From NCBI RefSeq assembly GCF_002105155.1, contig NW_019028979.1:1240001-1304000 (forward strand): DNA of 64,000 nt. The letters run 5' to 3'. The first letter of the stretch is position 1. The number at the start of each line of letters is the position of its first letter. Both the position numbers and the translations under genes were made by a program. A model generated the notes under the pieces. It had not been told where the DNA came from, did no database searches, and worked only from the letters and a program-made list of their open reading frames with translations. Positions 1 to 14,907 of the stretch are shown piece by piece. The DNA comes from Lobosporangium transversale (lineage: Eukaryota).

Positions 1-1799
1 TCTCCATCAGTTAAGGGTCCATTAGATGTATACTGTGTGGGCTGGGCCGCCATCACGCTAGGCGAGGCAGTGGTTGATTTGATTTGGCTCTTGGTTGTGC
101 TATCTATGGATAGGCCTCGTTTACGGCCGGCCCGCTTCGAGCCCTCCTCTTTAGTTTGCTGAAACTCGTCACTGGATCCTGGTACGGAACCTACATAAAA
201 ATGAATACGATAGTTTTGATAGTTCGGGGCTTCACCACCATTGCTTAGGCTTTGAGTATCATCACTATTGTGCTTATGACGATCTATGTTGTTGGATTTT
301 GGTGGAGCAGAATTTTTGTCGGCAGGCTTGTAGTCCTGATCGTGATGAAGACGGCCACGCTTTTTCTGTGCAGAAGGAGGGACAATGCTTCCTAAAAATC
401 CTGACTCGGAGGAGCTTGATGAATACGAGAAACATTCAGAAGAGTTAGTGCTGCTATCATCCCTAATGAGACCATTACTAGGGCTGACACCAGTTCTACC
501 ACTGCTGCTGCTACCACTGCTGTTGCTACCATTGCTGCTGCTACCATTGCTGCTGCTACCATTGCTGCTGCTACCATTGCTGCTGCTACCATTGCTGCTG
601 CTATCGCTGCTATTACTGCCACTATCGCTGCTGTTACTGCCACTATCACTGCTGTTACTACTGGTATCACTGCTACCATTACTATTGGATCGGCTCCTCA
701 TTAGAAGTAATGTCTTTCCAGAATACTCCATTCGATGGTTAGGTCTAGAGTTGTGACTAACATTGCTCCTATCGTCATTACCATCGCTATTGCCACTGGC
801 ATCATCATCATCATCATTGTCGATCCGAAATGGACGCTTTCGTTGCTTCTGTCCCTGCTGGTCTTTCTGCTCTTGAGGTTGTTCCTGCTGCTCTTGATAT
901 TTTTGGCGCTGCTGATGTTCTAGATGTTCCAGGCTTTCCTGCTGTCCCCGTTGCCTCTGTTCTTTACAAGCCAGCTCAAGTAACTTGATCAGGTCTTGAC
1001 TTAGTCGCTCGCCTTGTTTAGAGACCACTTTCTCAACCCCACTGCATAACCTTTGAAAGAGCGAATCTGATAAATTGCAGTGGGCATCCGCAACTGGATG
1101 TGGTGATGGAAAAGGTATATTTTGCTCCTGCTGGTGTTGTTGTTGTTGTTGTTGCTTCGTAGGTAGGACTTCTTGAAGGAGAGAACAATCGTGAACGACG
1201 TGAATGACTTGTTTAGGCTGATAATGAACCCAGATAACATCGTCATCACTATCATCGCCACTACTATCCCGTGAAGCATCGCTATATCCCCTAATGTTTA
1301 TAGTAAGCAGATTGTCAAGAACTTAACAACTTTTTTTTTTTTTTTTTTTTTTTTTTCATATTTCGCGATTCAATGTCAATAATAATAAAAAAAAAAGTTC
1401 ATTATCTTCTATTTTTCCTCCCCTCATTTTCTTCATCGTCAGCTATTCTTACCTTGTGTTCCTGGCTCTTTTATCGTTTACTTTACTTTCTGTAACCGTA
1501 TTTTTATTTGTATGGTTCGATTGCTTCCGGATATCCTGCTGTTGCTGCTGGCGCCTTCGTCGACTCGAACGAAATCCAACTTGAGGTTCGAGAGTTCTTC
1601 CATCGACTTCTAACCGAACCATCCTTGGATACATCTGTTCAATTTTATAGAGAGGAATATATTTAGTCCCTGTACGTTCATGAATCCGTACAGGCACTTT
1701 AACAGGGCCATGACATGGTCCTGGAATCGTTGGAAGAAGCTTTTGGTGTAATATCCGTGAGCCTCTATTCGTCTTCCTACGCTGAGTTGATTTTGCCAT
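1..1799 (-). CDS. Lineage-specific low-complexity protein, 3' end outside the window; exon 1 1799-1453, intron 1452-1291, exon 2 1290-<1
   Basis: ATG at 1799; GTAAG donor at 1452 and TAG acceptor at 1291 join in frame (AG|G, then GYSDASRDSSGDDSDDDVIWVHYQPKQ). Downstream sequence is Ser/Asn/Gln/Asp-rich. The N-terminus resembles that of the genes starting at 8459 and 34140. Confidence 0.7.
497..682 (-). repeat. Coding tandem repeat of about 15 bp (AGCAGCAATGGTAGC, Ser-Ser-Asn-Gly-Ser), degenerating into 21-bp units
   Basis: Plus strand shows (ctaccattgctgctg)n; it lies inside exon 2 of the first gene. Confidence 0.9.
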
Positions 1800-1801
1800 T
1801 T

Positions 1802-1838
<37 letters not shown>

Positions 1839-1949
1839 GGGTACTTGACTGGGTCCTGGTCTAGTTTAGTGTTGTACAGCCAAGAGTATAAAGTATAGAA
1901 AGTGTAGAGATGATAACGTTCAGATTAATAGACAGAATGATTATGATAA

Positions 1950-1986
<37 letters not shown>

Positions 1987-2477
1987 ACTTATTAAGCAAA
2001 TCAACGCCTTCTTATGCCACTGCTGTGTTCTCAGATTTGTGAGCGACGGGGACTTGAATTCCTCGACAACCACTGCGGTGGAAGGAAAAAAAAAAATTGT
2101 GTCCACAATGAGCCTTGTCCTTTGATAAATGATCTACACAGGAACAACAGAGGGACGATCATAGACTTGTCGGTCGCTCTTTCAATTTTCAATTCGGAGG
2201 ACAAATAAGCTTGATTACGTATCCACGCCCATCAACATGCAGAAATGGAGAAGTGAGATATTTACAACAATTGATTGATCAATAAACTACATGCATGTCA
2301 ATGCATGTCTTGTCATACAAACAAACACAGGAGTAAGGAACAACATGGAGCTACAATCTACAAAAAGCCTTTTTTATTATATATTTCTAGTATATGTTTA
2401 TCGTAAAAAGAAAAATCTTCTAAATCTATTTTACTGTTATTCATTTTCAAACCATGGGAATTAGATGGTATTTACCC

Positions 2478-4130
<1,653 letters not shown>

Positions 4131-4617
4131 TTTTAGAGAAAAGAGAAAGGAAAGGAGAGAAAATCAAAACACCGTAGCGCAATCAATGCAAAAAGAATGA
4201 GAATGAATGAATGAACAAAGGATTAAATAAATGGATGTGAATAAATGCAAAGTGAAATGAAAGCGAAGTGGAGGTGAATGAGAATGAAAGAACAAGAAAA
4301 GAGAAAACAGTTCAAAAAAGCAATGCTAATGAGTCACGTGTATCCGATCCAATGTTATGAGTGCGCCACTAATTTTTTGTCAAATTTATTTCATTTAGGA
4401 AGGGGTCATTAAAATCATTATCGTCCGTTACTCCGTCTCTCTAGCGTTACTACTTATTCATTCTTCCCCGCCGTCCCATATCCTTGGTAGTATTTAGTAC
4501 AAGCGCCGGCCGCCCATCCTCTCCAACTACTAATGCACAGGGCGGTGTCATATTGTTTTGCGAGTCCTTATTTTCGCGATCCAATCCTCCCCGCTCGAAA
4601 GTGGGGAGGGCAAGGAG

Positions 4618-7600
4618 TCAATGCGGCCTTGTCCCGTTCCGCGGTGTTGCAGTTGTGCTGTCACCCCCTCCGTGGTGATTATAGCCGCTCGTGGATGGCG
4701 TAGGTGTTATAGATCGAGATTTTTCTGTCAGGATGATCTCTGAACTATTGAAGGTTGTGGATGGGGCAGACGTTCGTCGGCCTGTCTTGCTAGGCTTGTT
4801 AGGTAGTCCATGGAATGCTGCATAAATAACGGATGAAAAGTCTTCGCTTTTGGTCTTGTTCTTTTTGTTATTATCCGCGCCCAGGGAATCCATCTCTAGT
4901 TTTACAATGAGCTGATCGTACTCATTTTGACACTCTGTATTTGAGACATAATTCGGGCCCAGCGGATGGACAAATGATACTGTCTTCAAAGCTGCGAATT
5001 CCGAGAGGCGAGGATTACCTACGCGCATGCACACAGCCTCGATCCATCCATTGGGCTCAGGACAGATGATGTGCAGCGCTGTGATCTTCTTCCCAATACC
5101 ATCAATAAAATTTATCCATTTCTGGCACTGCTCTGAACCCGCCACAAAGGGCATGTCGATAATTAACTCGTATTCTATTAGGTTGGAGCGTTCAATCACC
5201 GTTTGCAAGTCCATCAATGCATTCGCGTCCACATCTGCACAGGCCTGGAAAAGATGTGTGAGCCGAGTAGCGCTCTTTTCATTAGCCAACCGGCCCACTG
5301 CCTCCAATAGTGTTGCTGAATGAGTTGGTTTCCACTTGGCTGTGTCAATCCTCAGTTTTGTCAACTTGGGCCCAAATGTGTTTAGGACTTGCCGAAGGGC
5401 AGCTTCGTGAATCCTCATCTGTAGAATCTCCAAGACTAGCAATTGAGGTGATCGAATATCTGGCGTGTATAATCGGTTCTCACCGCGGTAGAGGCACACC
5501 TTCTTAAGTTTGCTCAATGTACGTTTGGCCCCTGGCGCAGGGTTCGTTACTGCCGCTCGGATGGCTTCGTACACGGTTGGAAACTCGGAAACATAGCAAG
5601 CTACCTTGAGTTCGGTCAGACCACGGTTGCGCTGGATCACGTCCACCAAAGGTCCACAATCGTTGTATTGGGCCCTTGGGCCGCTGATATGCAAAGATGA
5701 GATACAATCAATCGATTGGAGCAGACTATTGTAGGACGGCACCGTCGGAATGGTCAGATCCATGTTGATTAATATTTGGCCAGGTTGGTCAAATTTGGCG
5801 ACCAGGTGCTCATCCGTTCCAGCAGTTAATGTCAATTTGGTCAGCGAACACCGGCCGAAAGTAACCGCGCGGATTGCATCATAGGCTTCCTGTACATCAT
5901 TGCAACCCAACGTGAGCTTTGTGAGACGAGGACTCACTTTGAGCAGCTCAATGACTCTTGCCGAATCTTTCTTCCAATCCACTTCCTCGTCGATTTGGAG
6001 GACTCGTAATTGGTTCCATCGAGGGTCAGCAGGGGCTGTCTTTTTGAAAAATCCAGAATACCCCTGCAGCGAAAAAGATCGGATGCTGCGGCAGGATAGG
6101 ATCTGCCAGAGAGCCTCTGCACGCTTATTCCGATTCAGCAGCTCTACTGCAGAGCTGGATGCATTACATGACAACTCTAGCATCACAATCTTTGACCGTT
6201 CAATCGCCTCGTTGAGAGCCTTCGCATCCTGGTAACTGATGTCCCATCCGAAATTGATTCTGAGCTCCTGTACAGCCCTAGCCCTTTCCAGGGTCTTGTA
6301 AAACTGAAGAGCAACCGGCTGAGAAGTCAATGTGATTTCTACACGGCCATACTGCTCAAGAAACACGCCTCCGTTTCCAGTAGTGAAATCTTCCAGGTCC
6401 CTCATCGCTTCCGTGTAGTAATTGTCGCGGTAATGATCAATGCATACCCAACGAACATAACCCTCAGACGTCACGACCCTAAACTGATTTCCTAGCACAT
6501 CATCAGTGCTGCTGTTTTTGAGAAACGTCCGCAATCGCCTCAGATCCGCGCTCTCCAGCAGCGAATCGATTTCTGTAGTTGTATCTCTATGAACATCTTC
6601 CTTTGCACTTGTAATGGGGTCCTGATTGACTAGACTCTGCAGATATGCAATTGCCTGATCAACTCTCTCCAATGTAAAATTAGCATTATTATATACAAAA
6701 TTAGGGGTATTGCTGTTAATTTTAGTATTATTATTAAGATTTTTTTCATTGCTGTTGTGATTGCCGATGGTGTGGTTGTTTGATGTTATATTTCTGCTGA
6801 TGGACGTCAAGTCGTTCTTTAGACTCGATTTATTGAGTGCAGAAACAGAGAACCCGTTCCCACTGACTCCATACTTGAGCATCTGTAGTAGCCTTAAAAC
6901 ATACTGTCCGTACCGTCGGAAAAACTCCTGAGGCCTTTCCAGATCGTATCCTTCATGTTTTGCCAAATGAATTTGATGTTGCATTTTGCTACGATATGAC
7001 CTAGTATGCTCTCCGCATTCACACAGGAAGTAGAGCCGAAACTTGTTATGGTAGTTGCTGCTGCTAATATTGTTGTTGCTATTGCTGCTACTGGTAGTAG
7101 TGCTAATGCTGCTATTGCTGATAAGGTGGCTCTGAGCAGCTACATCAAGTTCCTTCAAATCTTCCATTGGCAGAACAATAAACAGCCTTGGATCTGGAGA
7201 ATCATGGAGCTCATATCCTTGTCTCAAAATCTCCTGGATCTTATTCTGAATTTTGGCCAGTTGATCAAACGAGCCTCGCTGAACCATCCACATATGCTGT
7301 TGCATTTCGACCATCTTTTTCTGTAACTCCTTATTCTTGGCCATCTCCGCTTCAAGAGCTCTGAAATGTTTCTTGAAATTCTCCTGTGCGCAGTTAGCCT
7401 GCTCTGTCTGACCCAGCTGTGTATGCAGTAGAAACGATTCAAAGATTTTAACTGATTTGCGATATTGGCTCTTTAAAACCTCCTCGTTAGGCGCTATCAT
7501 TGATGTTGTTGTCACTGTTGTTGCTGCTGTTGTTGTTGCCGTAGCCGTTGGTTTAGTCAGTTTCGTTTTGGTTGTTACCATGGTTGTAGCAAGAGATGAG

Positions 7601-8459
7601 GTTGTAGCTGCTGTTGGAACAGCAGTATGAGAGGCTGACTTATTGGAGCGCAAAGCAACTGAAGAGGTGGTGAGTACGGAGGATGCGGATGCAGTTGAGG
7701 ATGAAGATATAAGCGGGATAGGATAGCGACGCTGAGGAATTGCGGTACGGTCAATAAGGGGAGGAATTCGCTGTGGTAGTTGCTCCTTTTGCTGCAGGGA
7801 TGATTTAGTTAGTCGCAGATCGGGATATTTTTTGTTAGCCTGACTAAGAGATGTTGCAGATGAGAGCTGAACATGTTGCCGGGCAGCTTCGGGAGAGTAA
7901 GGATGGTTGGAAGGGTGTACTTTAGTGCGAGTATGGCGTGATGATGACGGTAATGATGGTGTTGATGTTGATGATATTGTTTTTGATGCTGTTGCTGTTG
8001 TTGTTGCGCCAGCCTCCGAATGCTTCTTTGAACTATGACTTGACTTGGATTTATGACTACTTGATATTACGACCTTTAATACTGTTCCTGGTATATGTGG
8101 AACACGCAATGGCCGCAATCTGTAGTTGAGAATAAAGTCCCACAGAATGTTTATTTGTTTTGTTAGTAAAGTAATTAATCAAAAGTAGAACAAAGAGGCC
8201 CTTCCTCTTTTATCTTCATGGGAAGGAAAAAACAAATACTCAACTTGTTCCCTTCGACATCAGTAATGAAGCCCAGAGGTTGGTGGTTATACGTCAACCG
8301 GACTGCACCTGGAAATACATCTTGAATATCGTGCAGTAAGATAAATGGCTTTCCGTTTGTCTGCACAGTTCCTGGCCGGACCTGAACTTCCAGTGTCTCT
8401 CCGTTTCCTTTTATCGTTTGCCATAGTTCGTTGCTGCTATTGTTAGGGTTGCTTGCCAT
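4618..8459 (-). CDS. Large lineage-specific protein: N-terminal small domain, Ser/Thr linker, coiled coil, Cys/His domain (PRLFIVLP...FRLYFLCECGEH...RWVCIDHY), RNI-like LRRs; exons 8459-8245, 8119-4618
   Basis: 1166-aa ORF plus an upstream exon joined in frame by a GTTGAG...CTACAG intron. LxxLxL repeats occur in the C-terminal half (VQELRI, IRSFSL, LRVLQI, LTKLTL, LTELKV, LTKLRI). Confidence 0.8.
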
Positions 8460-9581
8460 AGGAGAGGGAATGAGATAGATATTATGTAGAAATGAAGATG
8501 TCGTTTATGTGTCTGTATGTACGCATAAGGTGTATGTAGAACAGAGGATGTGGGCAAGTGGACGAGTGAGCGTGGAGTGTTGGTTGGATCAAAATGTAAA
8601 GTGAATAGTGAATAGGAATGAAAATGCTGGAAAAAAAAAAAAAAAAAAAAAAAAAAGATAACAGGGGATGTTGATGATTGTTTGCAAAAGAAATTCAAAG
8701 AAGATTAAAAAGGGGGTAAAATAAATAAAAATACAATGCATCTGTACTCAATGGTCAAGGTATGAGCATGACTTGCAATGGTTACTTGAGAAACTGAAAA
8801 AAAAAAAGAGGCCTTTTTTTTTTTTTTTTTTTTTTTTCATGAGCCCAGTTCTGTCCCCCCGTTTGATCTTTGGGGAATTTTAAGATGTGCGCACCTTTTT
8901 CTGTCCCGCCACTTATGTCATGTTAAATGTTACAAGTATAAATATATATATGATTGTAGCATTGCAGTCCTTAGTCGGAATAATGGTCACTCAGCTATTT
9001 GTTCAAGCATAAAAATGTGTTGACATCAAACAAAACCCCTGAAAGTAGACTTTGTGCGGAACAAGTCTACCATACATACATAAAACTAGATAAAGCAATC
9101 GACACAGCAGTTTGAATCTTAAAAAAAAAAAGAGTTCATCCCACTCACCCAACTCTCGGAACCCATTTTTTAATTACAAAACAATAAACTTGCAATCTTC
9201 TCTCCATTACATATGAATCCACGCATGGAGTCCTGTTATTCTCTCTTTCTATCATCATCCAATATCAAAGCATATTTTGAATAAACAATCAGATAAACAG
9301 ACAAGTAATCTTAGGTTACTGAGTATAAAACCAACAGGGTTCTTTCACTGGACAACAAATATGTATTAACTCTACTTCAATAACACTTGCAAAATAAATA
9401 AATAAATAGATAAAAAAAAGCTGTGTTTGTAGCCATTCATCAATGCAGATTAAAAAAAATATATGTTCATGATCTGTCAAGATCTATTTTCAATTGATGA
9501 ATATAAAAAGTAAGGGTATCTTCATGAAAAACTAACAACTCATCTATTGATGACCCAAGTCAACTCAGCCCTGTTTATCAT

Positions 9582-12511
9582 CTAGTAATCTCGTCTCTCT
9601 AAGTATCCAATAGACGCCGCTGCTATTTTGGGAGAAGGTCGGTAATGCCTCGAATGTCTCACCGGTTTTTGATGATACCCATCTTCTATCGCGCTATGGT
9701 TCTCAGTTGCTCCGTTGCTACTTGAAGCGTCATACATATCATACATATCATAAAACTCTTCATTATCGTCATCAGCCCCATCTATCGAGTCGCCTCCAGG
9801 AGTAGGGGTAGAGTCATAACCCCTCATAATATGTTTCTGGTCACGAGGAGCTCTCGTCTCTGGGACTACAGTCTCGGTTGAAATTAGCTCTCCCTTCCAT
9901 GACGGCATCGTCGCGGATGCTGGTGTTAGTGTGGCGAGATCTTTTGCGGTTTCTGGGTCTATTTCACATCTACTCAACTTTTCCTCCTCTTCTCCCCTTC
10001 TCGAAACGTATTGTGGTCTATTCACTTTCTCTATATTGACCTCCTCCTCCTCCTCGAGGGTCTCCACATCCTTGGCAGCTTTCTTCTGTCTTTTGATAGC
10101 CAACGGCAAGAACACAAGCGGCAGCAAGATCCAAGCAGCCAAGATTGGTATGTTATATCTCAGCCGATTGTAGGACCCCATCAGCACTAACCTTGCTATC
10201 TGAACTGCATTCAGGAATGGCATCGCATAAACCCATCGATAAAACAGAGGCACTAGTTCTACAGAATTGAACACTGCAATCACGTTCAAAATCACAAACG
10301 TGATTGTAAATCCTGGAATGAAGACCACAGGGATCATATTGATTAAGAATAAGACCAAAGCGGCCACTGAGCATTGAAGCATCAACATGCCTGAGAAAAG
10401 AGACAAGAACTGAGTAGCCCCTTGTGGGAATGGGACTCCAAATGCTGGCAACAAAGCACTGTAAACCATGGATAAGGTTACGAGGTAGAAGAACAAAGGC
10501 ACCAAAAGATACACCATTGTCCTGCTCACAGAAACATTCCGTGTCATGGGCTGGATTAAATGCGCTACCAAGTACGTGCTTCCTCCAGCCACCAAGAAAA
10601 TCCAGATATAGGCCACTGTAGTCGCTGAGGTGATGATGGTCGCCGTTGGTGGATGGAGATCAAATTCTTCAAAGGCCACGGGCGTCCCTAGAACATGCGG
10701 TGCTACATGGAGAGCCGTCACATTCACTTTTCTTTCTTGAGAATATCGAAGAATAAACTGGATCCAGGCTGGATTAAAAATCTTGGAGAACATGAGGAAC
10801 TGTGTGTACATATTGGCCACAATATGGGGCTTCACCACTAAAGGATCTCGTCCACCATCATAAATGAACGCAAATGCTTTAGTTGGATCATAATCCGGTA
10901 AGGGCCCTGCAAACGCCTTGTTTAAATTCGAAGACGCGTTGGGTTGAACAACAACAGCTCCCCAGTAGTGGCCTAGACGAACTTCTTCCTGAATCACCTC
11001 CATGGTCGGGAATTGGCTGATAGGTCCTATGGTCCAATTGGGCTGATGAGGTTGTTTGTTGAGCTGTTGTGTGAAATTAAGGTAGTTCAACCCGATCATT
11101 GCCTGATCCAGATCCACTACCAATATATTAAAATTCTTGACTCGTGTGGGCGATTGAAACTATACAAACAAATGTTACAAAGTGAGGTTAAAGTTAGAAC
11201 AAAAGGAATGTTACATGTGAAGAAGAAAAAGGTTCAGATAAGAAAAAAAAAAAGTGGATCAAGATGGCCGCCACATGTGTGTACCTCTGCTCCAAAGTAT
11301 AACGCCATGAGAGCAAAGTAAGCAATAGACATGACAACCAAGACCTTGATCAGCTTGATAATCACTTGTGTCCATGTCGGTTTCTCAGGCATGGCCAACA
11401 TGATCTCAACAAAATTGAACAGATCTGTTTCTGGCTCCTCTCCACTCCTACCAGGTATGCCTGTCTTATGGAGATGTTTCTCTGGGGCCAAATCGTTCCT
11501 CAGATGATGTTGAGGGAAGACCAGAGCATTTGTACTGCCAGCCGCACTAAGTGATCCAGGGGTATCTGTTACTGATGCTATTGTCAACTTTGAGGGTTTT
11601 TTACTGATCTTATTGCTGCCCTTGCCTCGGGAAGACCGTCTATAAAGGAAAGAGAACAAGCCTGCTTGCGCATGTTTTCCTTCAGTGGGTGCTTTTGATT
11701 TTGCGTTACGTGAAGCTTGATTGCGATTCATCCCATGATTGCTCTTTTTGTTGTTACTTTTATTGTGTTTGTTGCTGCTAGGGTGATACCTTGGTGCAAA
11801 GTCATTACTATCCATGGAGCTCCGAGCTGTACCATCTGTGAGTGAAGGCTCAACAGCGGCATATCTTTCCTCTTGGCCAATGTTTCTGTCAAAGCGTCCC
11901 TGTTCCGTGATTGTGGATGCTCCAAATTGTGCTGCAGGAACAACTTGTCGGCTTACAAAATTCGAGTTAACATTAGAGTTGCTATTATAAATATGATGTA
12001 AAGGCGCTTGTTGTGAACGAGGCTTCGTCATAGATGTAGATGTATCATATGGTGCTTTTGTAGATGAGGTTGACTGATATAGTTCTGAAGAAGGATGAGC
12101 ATGTGAAGGTGCTGATGATTGTGAATGATAGCTTTGGTCCTTACTGTCCCGCGATAGCGAGCCTGTTGCTGTTGTTCTTCTCTGAGGAGGATGTGAGGAG
12201 GATGGCTCATTTGCTGGTTTTGGCTTTGAAGGTTTAGACCGTGAGGACGCGCCTTTGTCTATGTTATTAGAGGTAGTGGGAGGAAGGGGTAAAGATTCTG
12301 GCGTTGGACTGCAAGTTCTACTACTTTGACCTGCAGAAGAAAGGGTGTCCTCATCTTGTTGGTCTTCGGGCAAGATCATGATGTCGCTGTTGACAATGAT
12401 GGCATTGTGCTCATTGATGTTGGCATTGTCAGCATTTCTGCTACTGCTATTTACGTAGGGTGATCTTGACCCTTGAAACCTTGATGAGTTTTTAGGTGGT
12501 ATGTGGGGCAT
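9582..12511 (-). CDS. DUF3533 / SNG1-like multi-pass membrane protein with long disordered N-terminus; exons 12511-11285, 11159-9582
   Basis: One TM helix followed by VVDLD...GHYWGAVVVQPNASSNL...YDP...YDGGR, then about six TM helices with FYRWVYAMPFLNAV. The GTACAC...TATAG intron joins the two ORFs in frame. Confidence 0.8.
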
Positions 12512-13675
12512 TGTATTTGTAGCCTATTGCGTTCCTGAGAAATTCTCACAGACACAAAAAAAGGGGAAAAGAGAAAAAAGAAATGGAGGAATATCAAGAC
12601 TATTTTAATGCGTGGTGCGCATAATCTCTGATGATCAACAACGTAAAGACGCAGGGGAGGATGTTAGAGAGGAGAAATAGATCTAAACAAATGCAAGGGA
12701 GGAAAGAAGTTCGAGTGGGGTTTTATATGCACTCGCAAAAGAAAAAAAGAAAAAGAAAAAAACTCATGTTATTCATGTCATTCATGTATCCATGTTGCAC
12801 CGCATCCGCACACTTGATAGCCCTCTTTGGATGCTCACAAAAGTGGAGAATCACTGGATGGACATGGATGAATATGTGGATATGACTGAATATGAGAGCA
12901 ATTGAGGCGGAGGAAAAAAAATAAGAAAAAGATTACTCAGCCGATGTTGGTAAAGAGACAACTCCACCGGGATTAGGATGGACCCTCCGTCATGCCATGT
13001 GTCCGTGCCATACCATACCATGCGCTCAAGGTGCCCCTGAACTCGAAATGATGACTTTTTGCTTAATTTCTCCACAGCACCTACATGAATAAAAGTACAA
13101 AGACTAGCTCACAAAATTAAGCAAAAATTAATGATTGCAGAAAACCAATATCCGGAATTGTCACCACCTTATTTGTCACACGACGTAAATTAAATCAAAT
13201 ATCCTTGCCAAACGCGTTGCAGAGAAGACCGACAATTCGACATGTGAAGCGCGCTTTCCTAGACCCCGTAGACCGCATATAGTTTATTTCTTTTTTACAT
13301 CCTATACCATCCTCACACACGAACAGTTTGTTTGTATAGTCATGTAAACGAGACAAAAGAGCAAATTACATCTCAGGGTATCAAGGGTAAAAAAGCCTAA
13401 TAAAGTTATTAAGCTTATCAAGGGTTTTCTTTCAGCTTAGCTTGATTGGCATGTGCATAGATAGCCACTCTACTTTTCCTAATCAATATCTTATTTGTAT
13501 TTGTATTTTCATTTATATTTATATTCGTATATATATTTTTATTTTAAGCATAGTAGTAACAAATAAAAAAAAAAAAAATAAAAAAAATATGCAAATGCGA
13601 TTCAGCCCTTCGCTCCCGCTTCTGTTTCTCTATCTCTATTTGCCTCGCGCCCACTCTTTTTTCATTTCATTTTAT

Positions 13676-14907
13676 TTAACGCCTCTCTACCAAGATCTTG
13701 AGCTCAACACGTCCAAGATCACCAAGGTCTACGCGTGCCCGTGACTCGCCCAAGGTCTTGATCTTGGTGCCATTCACTGTAACCTTTGTATGATCAACCA
13801 AAATGCCGTGTTTCTCCTTCAGCTCCTTGACCACATCCTCAGCCTGTACGGATCCAAAGATGGATTTTGATCCAGGCAAGACTTCATTTACCGCTCGCGT
13901 AAAGACCAATGATGGCAAGGCTTGCAGACGATGACGCAGCTCCTGTAGTTGAATAATACGCTGCTCCTTCTTTACTGTCTGCTGATAAACCTATGTATAA
14001 TAGTATGCATATCCCAAACCACCATGTGAATGAAATATAAGAAATAAATTGTTTTTGTACTTCATTACTTTGAACCAAAAAAAATAAAAAATAAAAAAAA
14101 ATAAAAAAGATCCGTATATACCTTATTAGCTTCCTGTGCGACCTTGAAAGCATCCTGCCCTGGGCTAGTTTCCGCTTTAAATTGTTGTGCTCTCTTGTTG
14201 TTATAGTTTGCGAGGCGAAAAGGGTACAGCTGATTTCTCATTCTACCAGCTTAGATTATTGAAAGTAATACACAATGAGGTGAGTTGACATATGTGATTT
14301 GATAAATCCACAGCCTTCATGTCATTAAATCATATTGGAGAATCCTCCGCTTCCAGTACTTACGACCCACAGTGACAACATCGCCTGAATATAATCATTA
14401 TTTCCATGTTCACAGAGGTAAAAAGGAAAAAAAAAAATTAATATAGAATCAATTGCACTTTGCTGATAATAAAAGGTTCATCAAGCAGACAGAAGTTGGT
14501 GCCGTGAAGTTAGACTTCTTTTTTTTTTTTGTACGAATATCAGTTGATACTAAGCTGTAGATCCTGTTCCACGTCACTTTTTTTTTCAGGTACCTGGTTT
14601 TCCTAGACCTTGTACATTTGCTCTCAGGGTGACCTCGATGGATTTTTGAGACTTCCAGCGCTATTGTAATAGTCCAGAAATGAGAGTATTTGTAAGAAGA
14701 GCTGGTAAGGCCTCTTTTTTTCCTTATTGATTCCTCATTCAACTCGCCCCTGCAATGCCATTTGAGTTTCCTTGTTTTAGTAGCAACATATAAAAAATTA
14801 TGTATTTTTTTTAACAAACTAGAATGAATTTAAACACGTACCTTGACGACATTTGTGGTAGATCTATAAGCGACTCTTGAGAGCGAAGATTTGTTGATGG
14901 AGAACAT
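13676..14907 (-). CDS. Mitochondrial ribosomal protein bL9m; exons 14907-14842, 14660-14594, 14384-14364, 14249-14122, 13990-13676
   Basis: Spliced product contains IEVTLRANVQGLGKPGDVVTVGPGRMRNQLYP (L9 N-domain) and IFGSV...IKTLGE (L9 C-domain). The Arg/Ser-rich N-terminus looks like a presequence. Confidence 0.9.

Noticed and set aside
385..756. Leucine-rich 123-aa plus-strand ORF (and the Ala/Val-rich 392-679 ORF)
   Set aside because: Shadow frames of the Ser-Ser-Asn-Gly-Ser repeat in the minus-strand gene.
2035..2085. tRNA T-arm-like string (minus strand GAGGAATTCAAGTCCCCGTCGCTCA)
   Set aside because: No matching acceptor 5' strand, D-arm or anticodon arm; the box B-like motif is imperfect.
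12920..13080. GC-richer intergenic patch with ATGATGA (possible C/D snoRNA or TPP riboswitch)
   Set aside because: No downstream CTGA D box or terminal stem found, and the TPP core motifs are not present in order.
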